Shown one piece after another: positions 63,185-64,000 of a stretch of 64,000 bases of DNA. This stretch comes from Gracilinanus agilis (taxonomy: Eukaryota): positions 186,181,550 to 186,245,549 of the forward strand of contig NC_058134.1 of NCBI RefSeq assembly GCF_016433145.1, written 5' to 3'. The first letter of the stretch is position 1, and each line of letters begins with the position of its first letter. The notes under the pieces are model-generated. The model was not told the origin of the DNA, did not search any database, and saw only the letters and a list, made by a program, of their open reading frames with translations. A program made the translations under genes and the position numbers.

Positions 63185-64000
63185 AATTAATTTATTTATT
63201 CAGTGCTGTACCAATCAAACTACCAAAAGATTGTTTCACAGAACTAGAACAAAATAATGAAATTTATGTGGAGGAACAAAAGGTTAGGAATCTCAAAGGT
63301 TATAATAATAAGTGGGAAGGAAAGGAGATCTACCAGTACCTGATTTCAAATTGCAATACAAAGTCAAAACCATTAAAATGATTAAAAATAAGTCAATCAG
63401 TGAAACAAACTAGGTGTACACCTTAACAGAAGCAAAGGATTGGATAAACTTACTAACTGAAAAAAAATCTTGGAAAACTAAATATCAACTTGATGGATGT
63501 TAGATTCAGAATAATACTTCATATTACATACCAAAATAATCACCAAATGGAGACATAACCTAGTTATGAAAAGCTGCATCATAAAACAATGAGTAATTAT
63601 TTTTCAGATCTATGGATTACTTATGCAAAAGTAAAAAGTTTTCACACAAGGCTTGTGTCACAAGCTAATATAGTTAAACTGGAAGAGAAAGAGGCAAAAA
63701 TCTTTGCAGTAAATTTCTCTGATAAAGCTCTCCTTTAAGATTCACAAGGAACAGATTCAAATTTGTAAAACTTCAAGCCATTCCCCAATAAATAATCAAA
63801 AGATATGAACAGGCAGTTTTCAAAGGAAGAAATAAAAACTATCAATAATAACAGTATGAAAAATGTTCTACAACAGTATGAAAAATGTTCTACATCACTA
63901 ACAATTCAAGAAATGAAAAAATCAAACGAGTTCTATGTCTTATCCATCAGACTGACAAAAGTTTTTGACAAAGGAAAATGACAAATGTCAGAAAGGCAGG
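63185..64000 (+). mobile_element. L1 ORF2 3' fragment (runs off the window)
   Basis: IPIKLP..F.ELE.II.KF.W.NK.PRI-like region and the GATATGAACAGGCAGTTTTCA motif. Confidence 0.85.
63850..63893. repeat. Perfect 22-bp tandem duplication AACAGTATGAAAAATGTTCTAC x2 within L1
   Basis: Units at 63850..63871 and 63872..63893. Confidence 0.95.

Noticed and set aside
1-64000. tRNA, rRNA, CRISPR or prokaryote-type systems
   Set aside because: None present. The tRNA-like A/B boxes all belong to SINE heads.

Overview
AT-rich mammalian genomic DNA. The tRNA-headed SINEs (SINE1_Mdo-like), MAR1 CORE-SINEs, RTE and abundant L2/MIR/L3 point to a marsupial, probably an opossum such as Monodelphis. The window holds one complete protein-coding gene on the minus strand, ETNK1 (ethanolamine kinase 1). 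Its 8 coding exons (156+260+141+143+84+161+74+73 = 1092 nt, 363 aa plus stop) all have GT-AG introns. A CpG-island promoter lies at about 57.2-58.1 kb and a roughly 5.8 kb, nearly repeat-free 3' UTR ends near 555-583. Introns and the upstream flank are full of transposon remnants: SINEs, L1/L2/L3/RTE fragments, hAT MITEs with 8-bp TSDs and solo LTRs. There are two assembly gaps. I found no convincing new multi-gene system. The best leads are (1) a hydrophobic, signal-peptide-like in-frame extension upstream of the ETNK1 ATG that could only start at a non-AUG codon here, (2) an unexplained ~130-bp diverged duplicate in intron 2 with conserved blocks and possible fold-back structure, (3) a candidate alternative terminal or poison exon in intron 4, and (4) two different hAT MITEs stacked in the same target site. 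Repeat family names and comparisons to human ETNK1 come from memory, not database searches. Most repeat boundaries are approximate.
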